A stretch of 64,000 nt of DNA, from contig CAXXQT010000008.1 in assembly GCA_963674575.2 (NCBI GenBank), forward strand, positions 182,977 through 246,976, written 5' to 3'. Each line of letters opens with the position of its first letter. Positions within the stretch are counted from its first letter, which is position 1. The notes under the pieces were generated by a model that was not told the origin of the DNA, ran no database searches, and was given only the letters and a program-made list of their open reading frames with translations. Both the position numbers and the translations under genes were made by a program. This DNA comes from Thermoguttaceae bacterium. Lineage in GTDB: Bacteria > Planctomycetota > Planctomycetia > Pirellulales > Thermoguttaceae. Shown here piece by piece: positions 26,389-36,943 of the stretch.

Positions 26389-28912
26389 GATCGCCTTCGC
26401 GAAAGACGGGCTTCCACTGGATGAAATCAAATCGTGTGTTATTATCCGGTTCGGGAGCCGCGCCGAAACCGTACTGCAAATTGGCCACGATCAGGGCGAG
26501 GTGGCGTTTCTGCGGGGCGGAGGGACTCACGTCCAAGCCGGGGAGCGGCTCATCGGTCCAGGCGATCATTCGGACGTCGCCCGGCTCCATTCCGTCGGCT
26601 TTCTCGGCCAGCTCGAGGAGCGGACGCAAGCTAAGCGTGCCCGCCGCAGCTCCCGGACCGGTTTCGGCGGCGGCACTTCGTTGATCGGGCCAGGGGCCGC
26701 GAGCTTCGTCCTCGCCGGGAGCGGGCTGCCATCGTCCCGCCAGATCGGCCGAGTCTTCCGGATCGATTGTTCCCAACCATGCCGCCATGAGCCGGCCTTC
26801 GGCAGTCTTCCGAAGAACGCCCACGTCGCGGAGCTGGTAACTCGTGCGATTGACGACACGGTGCATGCCCGGGGCGGGTTCGAGCCATTGAATGTCTCCT
26901 CCCAGATCCAGCATCTGCTCCGAGTGGGTCATCTGGGCGGAACTCGAAGGCACGCGAAGATCGGCCAGGTTGACCTCCGAGCCGTATTCGTAGCGGACCC
27001 GCTGGGGCGATTCCCTGAACTTCAAACCATTGGCCTCCGGTTTGCCGGTTGCCGAGAACGGCAGGATCTGGGCCCCCGGGTCGTCGAAATGGAAATCGTA
27101 GCCCGTTCCAAGCGAGGTGTAATAGGCGGAATAGCGCGTCACGTGGCCGCGAGGATAGTCTCCCTGAAGTTCGACCACGGCCACTTCCGTCTCCGAGCGG
27201 ACAAAACCGATGTCGAGCTGCGCCTGCCGGATCACCACAATGGCGCAGATCACGGCGATCACCGGCGCGGCAACCCAGGCCCATTCGACGCGTCCGAGCA
27301 TCCGGAAAAACAGCCAGTTGAGCGGCACGAGAACGAGCAGATAGCCGGCAACGATCCAGACCACGAAACTCCGATCGGGCACCTCGATCCCGGCCGCGTC
27401 GGAGAGGGCGGCGCGGGCCGCATCGGCCACCGTGTTGAAGTCCGTCCAGGCGCCGTAGTTCATGACCTGCACTGGTCTCAGGCCGTCCGCTGCGACTGGC
27501 GACATACCTTGTGGGTAGCCCCCCATGGTATCGTTAAAGGCCACCGCAGGCGTGGCGACTCGGATTTCTGTACTGCGCCGCCCCACATCGCGCGAAAAGA
27601 AACGCAAACGGGTGAGCCACTCCGTGTCGAAACGCGAGTCAGCGCCTCCGCCTTTCCAGGTGACCGCGTACTCGTTCAGGTCGATCCCCAGAATGTTTTG
27701 GCCGAACTCCCTTGCCGGTCGGCGCATCAGGCAGCCGTTGAAGAAGCCGTCCCAACTGGGCCAACTGACCAGTTCCTCGGCGCTCAACTTGAAGGCGGTG
27801 ACCACGATCCGGCCCCGTCCGATTCGCCTTTCCGCCACAAGGTCGCCCGTGGTGGGCACATACTCGGCCTCGGGGTGCATTTTCAACTTCACACCCGACC
27901 ATTTGCCAATCGGCCGCAGGGGTGGTCCAGCCATCCTGCGAATCGGTAGGTTCCAGTGCCGGTTGATTTCGTCGAAGTCGGACGCGATCAGCTCGCGCGT
28001 TCCTTCCCCCGTGGCGGGCAGGTAGTCGCCCAGGAAACTCGCGCCCAGCGTCTCCAGCGTCTCCGGACCGCTCACGATCAACTGGCCGCCCCAGTGGATC
28101 CAGTCCAGCAACGCCACCTGCTGCTCCAGGCTCAACGCCTCCGGCTCCGCATTGTCCCAGAGGACATAGGCCATGGTGGTCCAGAACAGGGACTGGTTCG
28201 GCAGGGGCGTCCGCCGACCGGGCGAAATCAGGGAAAGGCGATAATGTTCGTTCGACGTGTTCGATACACAGTCGAGTTTCTTCAAATAGCCGTACGATTC
28301 GGGATAGCGGGCCAGCACCAGGAAATGGAACTGGTAATACGGCATCCGCTTGATGGGCGGGAGAAGGCCGAGGGAGACGCCGCTGTGACGGCGGGCGTCC
28401 AGCGTCCCTTGCATCGAAACCGGCGAGTCTTCCGGAAGATAGAACGAGGTGCCAAGGGTCTTGGCCTGGCCCTTCGAGAAGGCGGCCCTTCGCCGCGTGC
28501 TCATCGTGAAGGGCAGGCCGGGAAGGGGCGTTTGCCTGCCGGCGGCAAGATCCAGATTGCCCACAATGTCGAAATTGTTGGCCAACGCGGAAAAGGTGAG
28601 GGCCGACCAGTGCCCGGGCTTCAAGTAGCAGGCCGCTTGAGCCGGTTCGCCCAGCTTGGGGAAAGGGCCCATGGGCCCATGGGGAAGGGACGCGTAGCGG
28701 AGTTGGCGGAGGGGCTTCTTCTTCGCCTCCTCTTCACGCTTGCGTTTTTCTCGCTCTTGGCGCTCCTTCAGCAATTCCTCGGCCGTCTTCTTCTGAACCG
28801 GCTCGCTCCGGCAGCTACAACCTTTGCAGCCGGGGATACAGATCGCCGCCGTGAGAATCAAGAGAAGCAGCGTCCTGCGAAGTCCTGAATCCTTCTTGCC
28901 ATCTCGTTGCAT
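26381..28912 (-). CDS. 843-aa lipoprotein/membrane protein of unknown function, first gene of the ABC operon (possible auxiliary component)
   Basis: MQRDGKKDSGLRRTLLLLILTAAICIPGC lipobox (ATG at 28912), a Lys/Glu-rich linker and internal TM helices (FVVWIVAGYLLVLVPLNWLFF, WAWVAAPVIAVICAIVVI). The assignment to a GldG-like role is only contextual. Confidence 0.7.
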   Translation of the reverse strand: MQRDGKKDSGLRRTLLLLILTAAICIPGCKGCSCRSEPVQKKTAEELLKERQEREKRKREEEAKKKPLRQLRYASLPHGPMGPFPKLGEPAQAACYLKPGHWSALTFSALANNFDIVGNLDLAAGRQTPLPGLPFTMSTRRRAAFSKGQAKTLGTSFYLPEDSPVSMQGTLDARRHSGVSLGLLPPIKRMPYYQFHFLVLARYPESYGYLKKLDCVSNTSNEHYRLSLISPGRRTPLPNQSLFWTTMAYVLWDNAEPEALSLEQQVALLDWIHWGGQLIVSGPETLETLGASFLGDYLPATGEGTRELIASDFDEINRHWNLPIRRMAGPPLRPIGKWSGVKLKMHPEAEYVPTTGDLVAERRIGRGRIVVTAFKLSAEELVSWPSWDGFFNGCLMRRPAREFGQNILGIDLNEYAVTWKGGGADSRFDTEWLTRLRFFSRDVGRRSTEIRVATPAVAFNDTMGGYPQGMSPVAADGLRPVQVMNYGAWTDFNTVADAARAALSDAAGIEVPDRSFVVWIVAGYLLVLVPLNWLFFRMLGRVEWAWVAAPVIAVICAIVVIRQAQLDIGFVRSETEVAVVELQGDYPRGHVTRYSAYYTSLGTGYDFHFDDPGAQILPFSATGKPEANGLKFRESPQRVRYEYGSEVNLADLRVPSSSAQMTHSEQMLDLGGDIQWLEPAPGMHRVVNRTSYQLRDVGVLRKTAEGRLMAAWLGTIDPEDSADLAGRWQPAPGEDEARGPWPDQRSAAAETGPGAAAGTLSLRPLLELAEKADGMEPGDVRMIAWTDEPLPGLDVSPSAPQKRHLALIVANLQYGFGAAPEPDNNTRFDFIQWKPVFREGDHD

Positions 28913-29152
28913 TGGGCAACACCCTATAAGCCACCACCCCAGTCCGGCCGATCGGCTGCCAAACCCGTCGGTCCCCTCGTCACTCCTCTCCGAATCGTCG
29001 TGATGGAAACCCGTGGGACTTCCATCGACCGGGGCTGGTCCTCCCGTTTCCGGGGGACTCCCCCACCTGCCTACGAGTTTAGGCGGAATCGACACGCCGG
29101 GAAAGGGTTTGGCGAGAATCTTCGGCAGAAGCTCCCCCGAGCCGCCCCGCTC

Positions 29153-29464
29153 CTACTCGGCCGGTTCCAGGACGCGAAGGTCCGTCCCCGTCACCAGTTC
29201 CTTCACCCGCTTGCGGTAATCGAGCATGTGGGACGCCATCAGGTGCGTCTCCAACGCCTCGACCGACTCCCATTTCTCCACGATGGTGACGACCGATTCG
29301 GCCGGCTCATCCTGGGCGTCAATGTTGGTGGAGACGTCCAGCATGGGCATGTACTCGATACACCCTGTCTCTTCGCGGACCAGGGGCACAATCTTGCGAA
29401 ATTCCGCTAGAAAACTATCTCGTCGCCCCTCGGCGACCTGAATCGTAGCAATCACGCAGATCAT
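29153..29464 (-). CDS. ABM (antibiotic biosynthesis monooxygenase / Dabb-fold) domain protein, 103 aa
   Basis: MICVIATIQVAEGRRDSFLAEFRKIVPLVREETGCIEYMPMLD...VVTIVEKWESVEALETHLMASHMLDYRKRV. The longer track ORF 29153..29908 has an Arg/Pro-rich, non-coding-looking N-terminus. Confidence 0.75.
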   Translation of the reverse strand: MICVIATIQVAEGRRDSFLAEFRKIVPLVREETGCIEYMPMLDVSTNIDAQDEPAESVVTIVEKWESVEALETHLMASHMLDYRKRVKELVTGTDLRVLEPAE

Positions 29465-29615
29465 GGTTGTTCTCACTGTCTGTAGCTCTCTGAGTCGGGA
29501 CTTGAAGCGTCCTCCGAATTTCATGGTCGCTCGACGCCTTGGGGAACCGTCCTCTTGAAGTGGCACGCGAAAAGGTTGTGCAAGGGACGGCTCGGAGAGC
29601 CATGCTACGGCCATC

Positions 29616-30734
29616 CTACGGACTGATTTCCGCCTTTTCGATGCAACAGGTTTCCAGTTGGCCGGCGTCGGGATCGACTCCGATTCCCGGTTCCGTCCAC
29701 AGTTGGGCGGACAACGGGCCGTCGTCGCCCGGGCGAACGAGCGGGGGCGCCGCAGCCAGGTCGACCCCAAAGGTATTTGACGGATCGATCCAATCGGTGG
29801 GGTAGGTGAAGTTGTCCTTGGAGGCCAGGGCCAACGCGTGCCTGGTTCCGATGGCCGACTGGAGAGGCATGCCGATGCGGCAGGGCATGCACTGGCTGTG
29901 GCACGCATCGTGAATGGCGGCCGCCGCTGTCAGGCCTCCCACACGCCCCACGCCGACGTTGATGAACTGGCAACTCTTCAGGTCGAGGGCCATGTCCACA
30001 TGGTCGGTGGAGACGATGGACTCCTCCAGGCAGATCGGGGTTCGCAGGGCTTCCTGGACCATGGCATGGCCGACCAGGTCGGCCGCCAGGAGGGGCTGCT
30101 CGACCATGGCGAGCATGAAATCGTCCAGGCGGCAGAGCGTTTCCATGTTGCTGAGGGTCATTGCTTCCTCGATGTCGACATGGAGCGTCTCGGCGCCGAA
30201 ATACTGGCGGACCACGTTGATCATGTTGATGTCCCAACCGGGACGCATCTTCAATTCGATCCGTTCGAAGCCGGCCTCGAAGGCCGTCTTCATGTTGTCG
30301 ATCAGTTCCTCGATCGTTTCCGTGCGATCGAAGGAGACTCCCAGGGCGACCGTCTCCCGCTTGCCCTGGAGCAGTTCCTGGATCGGCTTTTCGTCCATCC
30401 TCGCCTTCAGGTCCCACCAGGCCGTGTCCAGGGCCGCCTTGGCGTATTGGTTGCCGCCGAAGGGGGCGAGTCGCTCGGCGAGGCCGTCGCCGCTGTCGAT
30501 CGATTGGCCGGCAATCGCGGGCGCGAGCCAATCGCGCAGGGCAGCAAAGGTGCCCCGCGCCCATTGGCCGGCCAGCGGGGCCGTTCCCGGCGAGGCTTCG
30601 CCCCAGCCGACCGCGTCGCCGCTGCGCATCCGCACAAGCACCGTTTCCAGGTTTGCGATCGGTCCGCAGCTCGTTTCCAGGGGATGTTGAAGGGGCAGAC
30701 CGGCAAGGTAGATGTCGAGGCCGTCAATCTTCAT
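29616..30734 (-). CDS. Enolase-superfamily enzyme (mandelate racemase/muconate lactonizing, OSBS-like)
   Basis: [47 protein letters not shown]...[10 protein letters not shown]...MVEQPL...ICLEESI. The ATG at 30734 overlaps the trpE stop (ATGA). Confidence 0.8.
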   Translation of the reverse strand: MKIDGLDIYLAGLPLQHPLETSCGPIANLETVLVRMRSGDAVGWGEASPGTAPLAGQWARGTFAALRDWLAPAIAGQSIDSGDGLAERLAPFGGNQYAKAALDTAWWDLKARMDEKPIQELLQGKRETVALGVSFDRTETIEELIDNMKTAFEAGFERIELKMRPGWDINMINVVRQYFGAETLHVDIEEAMTLSNMETLCRLDDFMLAMVEQPLLAADLVGHAMVQEALRTPICLEESIVSTDHVDMALDLKSCQFINVGVGRVGGLTAAAAIHDACHSQCMPCRIGMPLQSAIGTRHALALASKDNFTYPTDWIDPSNTFGVDLAAAPPLVRPGDDGPLSAQLWTEPGIGVDPDAGQLETCCIEKAEISP

Positions 30735-32260
30735 GGGTTGTGCTTCTGCTGTTCGGCCAGTTCGATGGCCTTGAGAAGGCCTCGGGCTTTGTTGAGGGTT
30801 TCGTTCCATTCGTTGGAGGGGACGCTGTCGGCCACGATGCCCGCCCCGGCCTGGACGTAGGCCTTGTCGCCCTGCACGACGATCGTCCGCAGTGCGATGC
30901 ACGTGTCCATGTTGCCGTTGAAGTCGATGTATCCGACGGCCCCGGCATAGGGGCCCCGCCGATGGGGTTCCACCTCGTCGATAATCTCCATGGCCCGGAC
31001 CTTTGGGGCTCCGGAGACCGTGCCTGCCGGCAGGCAGGACTGGAGGGCGTCGAAGGCGGTCTTGCCCGGCTTCAAGCTTCCGGTCACGTTCGACGTGATG
31101 TGCATCACGTGGCTGTAGCGTTCAATGGTCATCACGTCCGTGAGTTGGACCGTGCGATACTCGGAAACGCGACCCACGTCGTTGCGCCCCAGGTCGACGA
31201 GCATTACGTGTTCGGCACGTTCCTTGGGATCGGCCAGCAACTCGTCCGCAAGCTGGCGGTCCTCCTCCTCCGTCTTCCCGCGAGGACGGGTTCCGGCCAG
31301 GGGGCGGGTCGTCACCTGCCCGTCGACGACGCGGACCATGATCTCCGGCGAGCTGCCCACCAGGGTCACACTGGGCATGCGGACGTAGAACATGAACGGG
31401 CTGGGATTGACGACTCGCAACGTTCGGTACACCAGGAACGGATGGCTGCGGATCGACGCCTCCAGACGCTGGCTGAACACGACCTGAAAGATATCGCCCG
31501 CCTTGATGTACTCCACGCACTTCTCAACGGCTGCCTCGAACTTCTCCTGGGTGAAGTTCGACTGGCACTGCAGGTGAACGTCGCCGCTTGTGTCGATATC
31601 GACGGGCAGGAGCTCGTCCGTTCTCGCGCCGAGACGCTCGACGATCTCGTCGACCCGCCGGCACGCGTCGTCGTAGGCGCGACGGCGGTCTCCCCCGGCT
31701 CGATCGAGCCGGGCCATGGCCACGACCACGATGGTCTTCGTCACATTGTCGAAAACGACCATCTGGTCGTAGAAGGCGAACGCGAGATCCGGCACCTGGC
31801 GATCGTCGGGGGGAGCGTTGGGGAGATTTTCCACGTAGCGGACGATGTCGTAGCCGGCATAGCCCACGGCCCCGCTGCAGAAAGGCGGCAGTTCCGGCAA
31901 CGTGGCGGCTCGGACCGATTCGATTCGCTCACGCAATTCGGTGAGCGGATCCGCGGACTCGAACTGGCGGGTCTCGAGAATCGGTTCTCCCGAGGCGGAA
32001 GCCCCCGTGTGGGAACTGATGGTGACGCGGTTGCCGTAGGCCTCGATCTCCAGGAAAGGGTGCGTGGCCAGAAAGCTGTACCGTCCCACCTTCTCGCCTC
32101 CCACAACGCTTTCCGCCAGGCACGAGCATCGGCCCGCATCGAGCTTGTGGAAAGCGGACACCGGCGTGAGCGAGTCGCTCACGAGCCGGCGGTAGACGGG
32201 CACCAGATCCACGCCCTCGGCGAGGTCGCAAAATCGCTTGAATTCGGGAAAGTGCTTCAC
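30731..32260 (-). CDS. trpE: Anthranilate synthase component I
   Basis: [29 protein letters not shown] and [50 protein letters not shown] at 32260 (codon 301 of track ORF 30731..33160) has AAGGA upstream. The upstream 300 codons of the track ORF overlap mcsA antisense. Confidence 0.9.
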   Translation of the reverse strand: MKHFPEFKRFCDLAEGVDLVPVYRRLVSDSLTPVSAFHKLDAGRCSCLAESVVGGEKVGRYSFLATHPFLEIEAYGNRVTISSHTGASASGEPILETRQFESADPLTELRERIESVRAATLPELPPFCSGAVGYAGYDIVRYVENLPNAPPDDRQVPDLAFAFYDQMVVFDNVTKTIVVVAMARLDRAGGDRRRAYDDACRRVDEIVERLGARTDELLPVDIDTSGDVHLQCQSNFTQEKFEAAVEKCVEYIKAGDIFQVVFSQRLEASIRSHPFLVYRTLRVVNPSPFMFYVRMPSVTLVGSSPEIMVRVVDGQVTTRPLAGTRPRGKTEEEDRQLADELLADPKERAEHVMLVDLGRNDVGRVSEYRTVQLTDVMTIERYSHVMHITSNVTGSLKPGKTAFDALQSCLPAGTVSGAPKVRAMEIIDEVEPHRRGPYAGAVGYIDFNGNMDTCIALRTIVVQGDKAYVQAGAGIVADSVPSNEWNETLNKARGLLKAIELAEQQKHNP

Positions 32261-32465
32261 TACCGATCCATTCCTTTCACCAACGGTGACGACAGACGCC
32301 AAGAGAAGGTTCAGCTTACCAACGCCGCCCCCACCCGACAAGGAACATCGCCCCCCCGACGGACACGTCTGCGCGACATGGAATTTGGTGTTAGAGTCTC
32401 GTTTCTCGCCCCCCGAGAAGCTCCGAATGGGTGGTTGTCGTCGGAGGCTCAAGCGACGTATCTCA

Positions 32466-32508
32466 TTGACTTGACTCGCCTTGACACCCCTGGGGGTAGT
32501 GATAGAAT
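32466..32508 (+). promoter_or_regulatory. Candidate sigma70-type promoter of mcsA-mcsB with TTGAC direct repeats (CtsR-box-like on the opposite strand)
   Basis: TTGACA at 32481-32486, a 16-nt spacer, then TAGAAT at 32503-32508, about 98 nt upstream of the mcsA ATG. The reverse complement of 32470-32486 reads TGTCAAG-GCG-AGTCAAG. Confidence 0.45.
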
Positions 32509-32605
32509 CCTGAAGGTAGCGTGGCCTTTTCCCGCCTGGGGCTGACGGATTTGGTCGCACTTTCGCCAAATCGGCCACCGAGTTGATTCCTTCGGATTTC
32601 CTCCC

Positions 32606-33148
32606 ATGAAGTGTCAGAAATGTGACAAGCCGGCGACGTGCCATATCACGGAACTCACCGATGGCACCCCGCAGGAGCTGCACCTCTGCGAAGATCACGC
32701 AAGGCAGTATCTCACCGCCGGGGCCGAGGAGCCGACGGCCGGCAAGGGCATGGCCGCCGCCATGGCCCAGCACATGGCTCAGCAGATGGCGCAACAAATG
32801 GCCGTGGGCCAGACCGCCGAGGAACTGGAAAAGCTGGACCAGCAAGCCTGCCCCGTTTGCGGCATCACGTTCTATGAATTCCGCAGCCAGGGACGCCTCG
32901 GTTGTCCCAACGACTACCTTTGCTTTCAATCCCAGCTTGAACCGTTGATCCTGAATATTCACGGAGAAACGCAACACGAGGGAAAATCGCCCAAGAACGC
33001 CCAGGGAACAAGTCACGAGCGGACTCAACTCATTCGCCTCCGCCGCGAGATGAAAGAGGCCGTCGCACGGGAGGACTACGAGAAGGCCTCCGCCCTGCGT
33101 GACCGTATCCGGGCGATTGAGGGACGCGACGGACCGAAGCCCGAGTGA
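32606..33148 (+). CDS. mcsA: McsA-like protein (zinc-finger N-terminus plus UVR motif), activator of protein-arginine kinase
   Basis: [16 protein letters not shown]...LHLCEDHA and CPVCG...LGCPNDY cysteine pairs. The C-terminal UVR-type motif is [24 protein letters not shown]. It lies directly upstream of mcsB. Confidence 0.8.
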   Translation: MKCQKCDKPATCHITELTDGTPQELHLCEDHARQYLTAGAEEPTAGKGMAAAMAQHMAQQMAQQMAVGQTAEELEKLDQQACPVCGITFYEFRSQGRLGCPNDYLCFQSQLEPLILNIHGETQHEGKSPKNAQGTSHERTQLIRLRREMKEAVAREDYEKASALRDRIRAIEGRDGPKPE

Positions 33149-33325
33149 CCCCTTTCCCAATCCGTTTGATCATTCCCGAGTCTATCCTGATTCGTTTCAT
33201 AACCGATCCCAACCGACGACCAAGGCAAGGTGCCGAGCAGATTGCACGCCAATTCCGGGTTCCAGACGACCCCCACGCAATCCTAATCGCGACCGGCCCG
33301 CGGCGTCCGATCCCGGAATTCCATC

Positions 33326-34402
33326 GTGGAACTTGACGATCTCACTCGTTACAGCGGAGAGTGGCTTCGAGGCGTCGGCCCCGAGTCCGACATCGTGATC
33401 TCCAGCCGAATTCGCCTCGCGCGGAATCTGGCGGAATACCCGTTCATCAGTCGCGCCACCGACCAGGATCGCGCCCGCATTCAGGACGACCTGCGGGAAT
33501 GCATCCAGAATCTCACCCAAGGCGAACAAGCTCTCTACGTCAACGTCGACGATCTGGCCGGCGTCGATCGCCAGTTCCTCGTCGAACGCCAGTTGATCAG
33601 TCGCGAACTGGCCGAGAGTCGCGGTGCTCGTTCGGTGACCATCGGTCCTGAGGAAAAATTCAGTCTCATGGTCAACGAGGAGGACCATGTCCGCATCCAG
33701 GTGATGCAGAGCGGATTCGATCTCGAGGCCGCCTGGGAGCGGATCGACCGGATCGACGACGAAATCGAGAAGCACGTCACCTATGCCTTCGACGAAACCC
33801 TTGGCTACCTGACGGCCTGCCCCACCAACGTGGGCACGGGAATGCGTGTCAGTGTCATGCTCCACTTGCCCGCCCTGGTCATGACCCGCCACGTCGAGAA
33901 GGTCTTTCGCAGCCTCCACAAGATCAGCCTTGCCGTTCGCGGACTCTACGGCGAGGGCTCCCAGGCCATGGGCGACTTCTACCAGATCAGCAACCAGGTC
34001 ACCCTCGGAAGGTCCGAGGAAGACATCATCAAGCAGGTTGGCGACGTGGTGCCCGTGATTATCGAATACGAGCGCCAGGCTCGCGATTTCCTGGTTCGGG
34101 AAAGTCAGGAGAATCTCCACGATCGTGTTGCCCGGGCTTACGGGATTCTGCGCAACGCCCAGACGATCAGTTCGGAAGAAACCATGCACCTCCTTTCGAG
34201 CGTTCGCATGGGCGTCAACCTGGGACTCATCGAAGATCTCAAGATTCCGGTGATCAACGAGCTTTTCATTCACACGCAGCCCGCCCATCTGCAGAAACTG
34301 AGCGGGACCGAACTCGATACGACCGATCGAAATATCGAGCGAGCCCGCTATCTCCGTCGCCATCTCGCCCCCCATGGGCCGGGGGAGTCCGAGCAGAACT
34401 GA
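33326..34402 (+). CDS. mcsB: Protein-arginine kinase (ATP:guanido phosphotransferase)
   Basis: VISSRIRLARNLAEYPF, EEDHVRIQ, and YLTACPTNVGTGMRVSVMLHLPAL. GTG start. Confidence 0.9.
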   Translation: MELDDLTRYSGEWLRGVGPESDIVISSRIRLARNLAEYPFISRATDQDRARIQDDLRECIQNLTQGEQALYVNVDDLAGVDRQFLVERQLISRELAESRGARSVTIGPEEKFSLMVNEEDHVRIQVMQSGFDLEAAWERIDRIDDEIEKHVTYAFDETLGYLTACPTNVGTGMRVSVMLHLPALVMTRHVEKVFRSLHKISLAVRGLYGEGSQAMGDFYQISNQVTLGRSEEDIIKQVGDVVPVIIEYERQARDFLVRESQENLHDRVARAYGILRNAQTISSEETMHLLSSVRMGVNLGLIEDLKIPVINELFIHTQPAHLQKLSGTELDTTDRNIERARYLRRHLAPHGPGESEQN

Positions 34403-34676
34403 CTCCGCTCGATTGATTTCCCCTCACCGAACCATCAAGATGGAGACCGGCTGTCCCCCGTGGAAGGGTGCGCCGTCGCGTTTCCGCTGACGACACCCGG
34501 TTGGCCACCGCGATCACATTCTGCAACTACTCGCCTATGGAGACGTCCCGATGCCACAGATTTCAAGGATCGTTGAGCTTGTCGCACACGGTAGGTTGAC
34601 TCTCCCGAGTCGACCCGGGCGCCACCTGTGGTATCCAGCCATCGCTCTGCTTAAATGGTGCATCGCCGACAGTTCG

Positions 34677-36887
34677 ATGGGTCGGCTCTGGAGAGCCAAC
34701 CTACGGGCGGAAATGGGACTCATGCTCTTAGGCATCCTTGTCTCCTGCCAGGTTGCGTCGGCTCAGGCCCCTCTGCGTTTCGAGGCCGAAACCGTCACCG
34801 AACCGGCAGACGCCTGGCAAGTGGATAAATTCTCCGAGCAGAAATGGAATCTCTGGTCCACCGATAAGGACGCCGAGAAGAAGTGGTCGGGCGGCGTGGT
34901 CCTGCAATCGCCGCGAGTGATGAAGGACCGAGCCAGCGGCGAGGAGGGGGCGCCCGTTCTGCATACCCACGTGAAGGACATCAAGCCGGGTAAGTACTAC
35001 GTCGACCTGGGCGGGGTCGGCCGTCCCGTCGGAATCTCCTACGACGGGAAGACCTGGAAAAAGATCACCAATTCACATCTCGGCCTGATCGAGGTGGGCG
35101 AAGGTGGATTCGAACTCTGGCTCGACGACCGTTTTGCTTCTACCACCAGCCCCGGCTCGTGCTACTACGACTATCTCGAATTCACGCCTCTTCCCGATCC
35201 CAATCGAAAACCCAAAGTGGAGGGATTCGCCAAGACGCGCGTGGAAGAACGGCTGGACCGAGGCGTGGTCGCACTTCCCCGGGCCGGCGGTGAGGTCTAC
35301 GTGGGGTGGCGGCTCCTGAAAGACGATCCGGCCCACGTTGCCTTCGATGTCTATCGCCGCACCGGTTCCGGCGACACGACGAAACTCACCAAGACACCCA
35401 TTGCCAAAACCACCGACCTTGTGGACCCGGCGCCGGTTGCCGGCGTTCGCAACGAGTATGTGGTGGTTCCGGTCGTCGACGGCAAGCCGGGAAAACCGTC
35501 GGAAACGGTCGGCGTCGTTCCGGCCGAAGAGGCACAAGAGTTCGTTTCGATCAAGCTCGACGGCGACCACACCGCGCAGAAGTGCGGAATCGCGGATTTG
35601 AACGGCGACGGCCGCTACGACTACGTCATCAAGACCCCCAACGCCAACATTGATCCCTATGTGAAATACTGGAAGCCCAGTCCCGAGACCTACAAGATCG
35701 AAGCCTACCTGGCCGACGGCACCTTCCTCTGGCGCTACGACATGGGCTGGGCAATCGAGCGGGGGATCTGGTATTCACCCGTGGTTGTCTATGACCTGGA
35801 CGGCGACGGCAAGGCGGAAGTTTGCCTGAAGGCCGGCGAGGGCGACCCACGCGACGAGGACGGACACGTGACCTCCGGGCCCGAATATGTTCTCGTCCTT
35901 GACGGGATGACCGGCAAGGAAAGGGCCCGCACCGCCTGGCCCGCACGGGAAGACTTCCCCAGCTACAATTACGCCTCGCGAAACCAGATGGGCGTCGCCT
36001 TTCTGGACGGCAAGACACCGTCGCTGATCGTGGAACGGGGCACCTATAACGTGATTCAGGTCCTGGCCTATGAGTTCTGCGACGACCAGTTGCGCCTGCA
36101 GTGGCGCTGGAGCGATGCCGAGGAGGGTGGCCGATACCGGGGGCAGGGGGCCCACAGCATGCACGCCGTGGACATCGACGGCGACGGTCGCGACGAGGTC
36201 TTTCTCGGTTCTGCCGTGCTGGACGACAATGGCTGTGGCCTGTGGTCCACCGGCATGGGACATCCCGACCACCACTACGTGGGCGACATCGATCCGTCCC
36301 GTCCCGGACTGGAGGTTTATTACGGTATCGAAAGACGCTCTCCCAGAAACGGTTGCTGCCTGGCCGATGCCCGCACGGGCGAGATTCTCTGGGGAATCGA
36401 CGTTCCCACACGCCACGTTCATTCCACGGGCATGTGTGCCGACATCGACGCCGAACATCCCGGAATCGAGGCCTACTCTTCCGATACCGACGCAGAGAAG
36501 AAATCCAACGTCCGCTGGCTGTTTGACGCCAAGGGCCACGTTCTTCGCGACGACCTGGATTGGGGGTTTGGATTTCGGACCGTTTACTGGGACGCCGACC
36601 TGCAACGAGAACTTCTGCGAGGACGGCGAATCTTCGACTATCAGGGCGACGGCACGATCACGGAAATCGGCGGCTCCGCCATTGCTTTCGCCGACGTGCT
36701 GGGCGATTGGCGCGAGGAGCTGATCGTAACCGTGCCGGGCGAACTGAGGATCTACTCGACCACGATCCCCGCTCGGGACCGCCGGATTTGCCTGATGCAG
36801 GATCCCCTCTACCGGCTTGACGTCTGCATCCAGGCCATGGGCTACACCCAGTGCCCGATGACGACGAATTGTCTTTCCGCGGAGTAG
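34677..36887 (+). CDS. Secreted FG-GAP/Ca-binding beta-propeller protein, rhamnogalacturonan-lyase (PL11)-like
   Basis: Signal peptide MGRLWRANLRAEMGLMLLGILVSCQVASA. Repeated motifs are DLNGDGRYDYVIK, VYDLDGDGKAEV, VDIDGDGRDEVF and GDIDPSRPGLEV. The family call is from memory of YesW-like proteins. Confidence 0.7.
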   Translation: MGRLWRANLRAEMGLMLLGILVSCQVASAQAPLRFEAETVTEPADAWQVDKFSEQKWNLWSTDKDAEKKWSGGVVLQSPRVMKDRASGEEGAPVLHTHVKDIKPGKYYVDLGGVGRPVGISYDGKTWKKITNSHLGLIEVGEGGFELWLDDRFASTTSPGSCYYDYLEFTPLPDPNRKPKVEGFAKTRVEERLDRGVVALPRAGGEVYVGWRLLKDDPAHVAFDVYRRTGSGDTTKLTKTPIAKTTDLVDPAPVAGVRNEYVVVPVVDGKPGKPSETVGVVPAEEAQEFVSIKLDGDHTAQKCGIADLNGDGRYDYVIKTPNANIDPYVKYWKPSPETYKIEAYLADGTFLWRYDMGWAIERGIWYSPVVVYDLDGDGKAEVCLKAGEGDPRDEDGHVTSGPEYVLVLDGMTGKERARTAWPAREDFPSYNYASRNQMGVAFLDGKTPSLIVERGTYNVIQVLAYEFCDDQLRLQWRWSDAEEGGRYRGQGAHSMHAVDIDGDGRDEVFLGSAVLDDNGCGLWSTGMGHPDHHYVGDIDPSRPGLEVYYGIERRSPRNGCCLADARTGEILWGIDVPTRHVHSTGMCADIDAEHPGIEAYSSDTDAEKKSNVRWLFDAKGHVLRDDLDWGFGFRTVYWDADLQRELLRGRRIFDYQGDGTITEIGGSAIAFADVLGDWREELIVTVPGELRIYSTTIPARDRRICLMQDPLYRLDVCIQAMGYTQCPMTTNCLSAE

Positions 36888-36943
36888 ATCCGAGGGCTCT
36901 GCTTGGCCACAAGTTGGCTGTGGCTTGTGTCGGTCCGTGCTAG

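Noticed and set aside
26366-27949. A 527-aa plus-strand ORF, with similar long ORFs at 16631..17920, 18812..19972, 13172..14530, 44672..46411 and 3869..5050.
   Set aside because: All lie antisense to larger ORFs that carry signal peptides and recognisable motifs. They are GC-rich shadow frames.
32261-32480. Search for a trp attenuator or leader peptide upstream of trpE.
   Set aside because: The only short minus-strand ORF there ([22 protein letters not shown]) has no Trp codons, and I could not find an alternative terminator/antiterminator pair.
30653-32545. A 630-aa plus-strand ORF.
   Set aside because: It is antisense to trpE and the enolase-superfamily gene, with an Arg/Gly/His-rich translation and no motifs.
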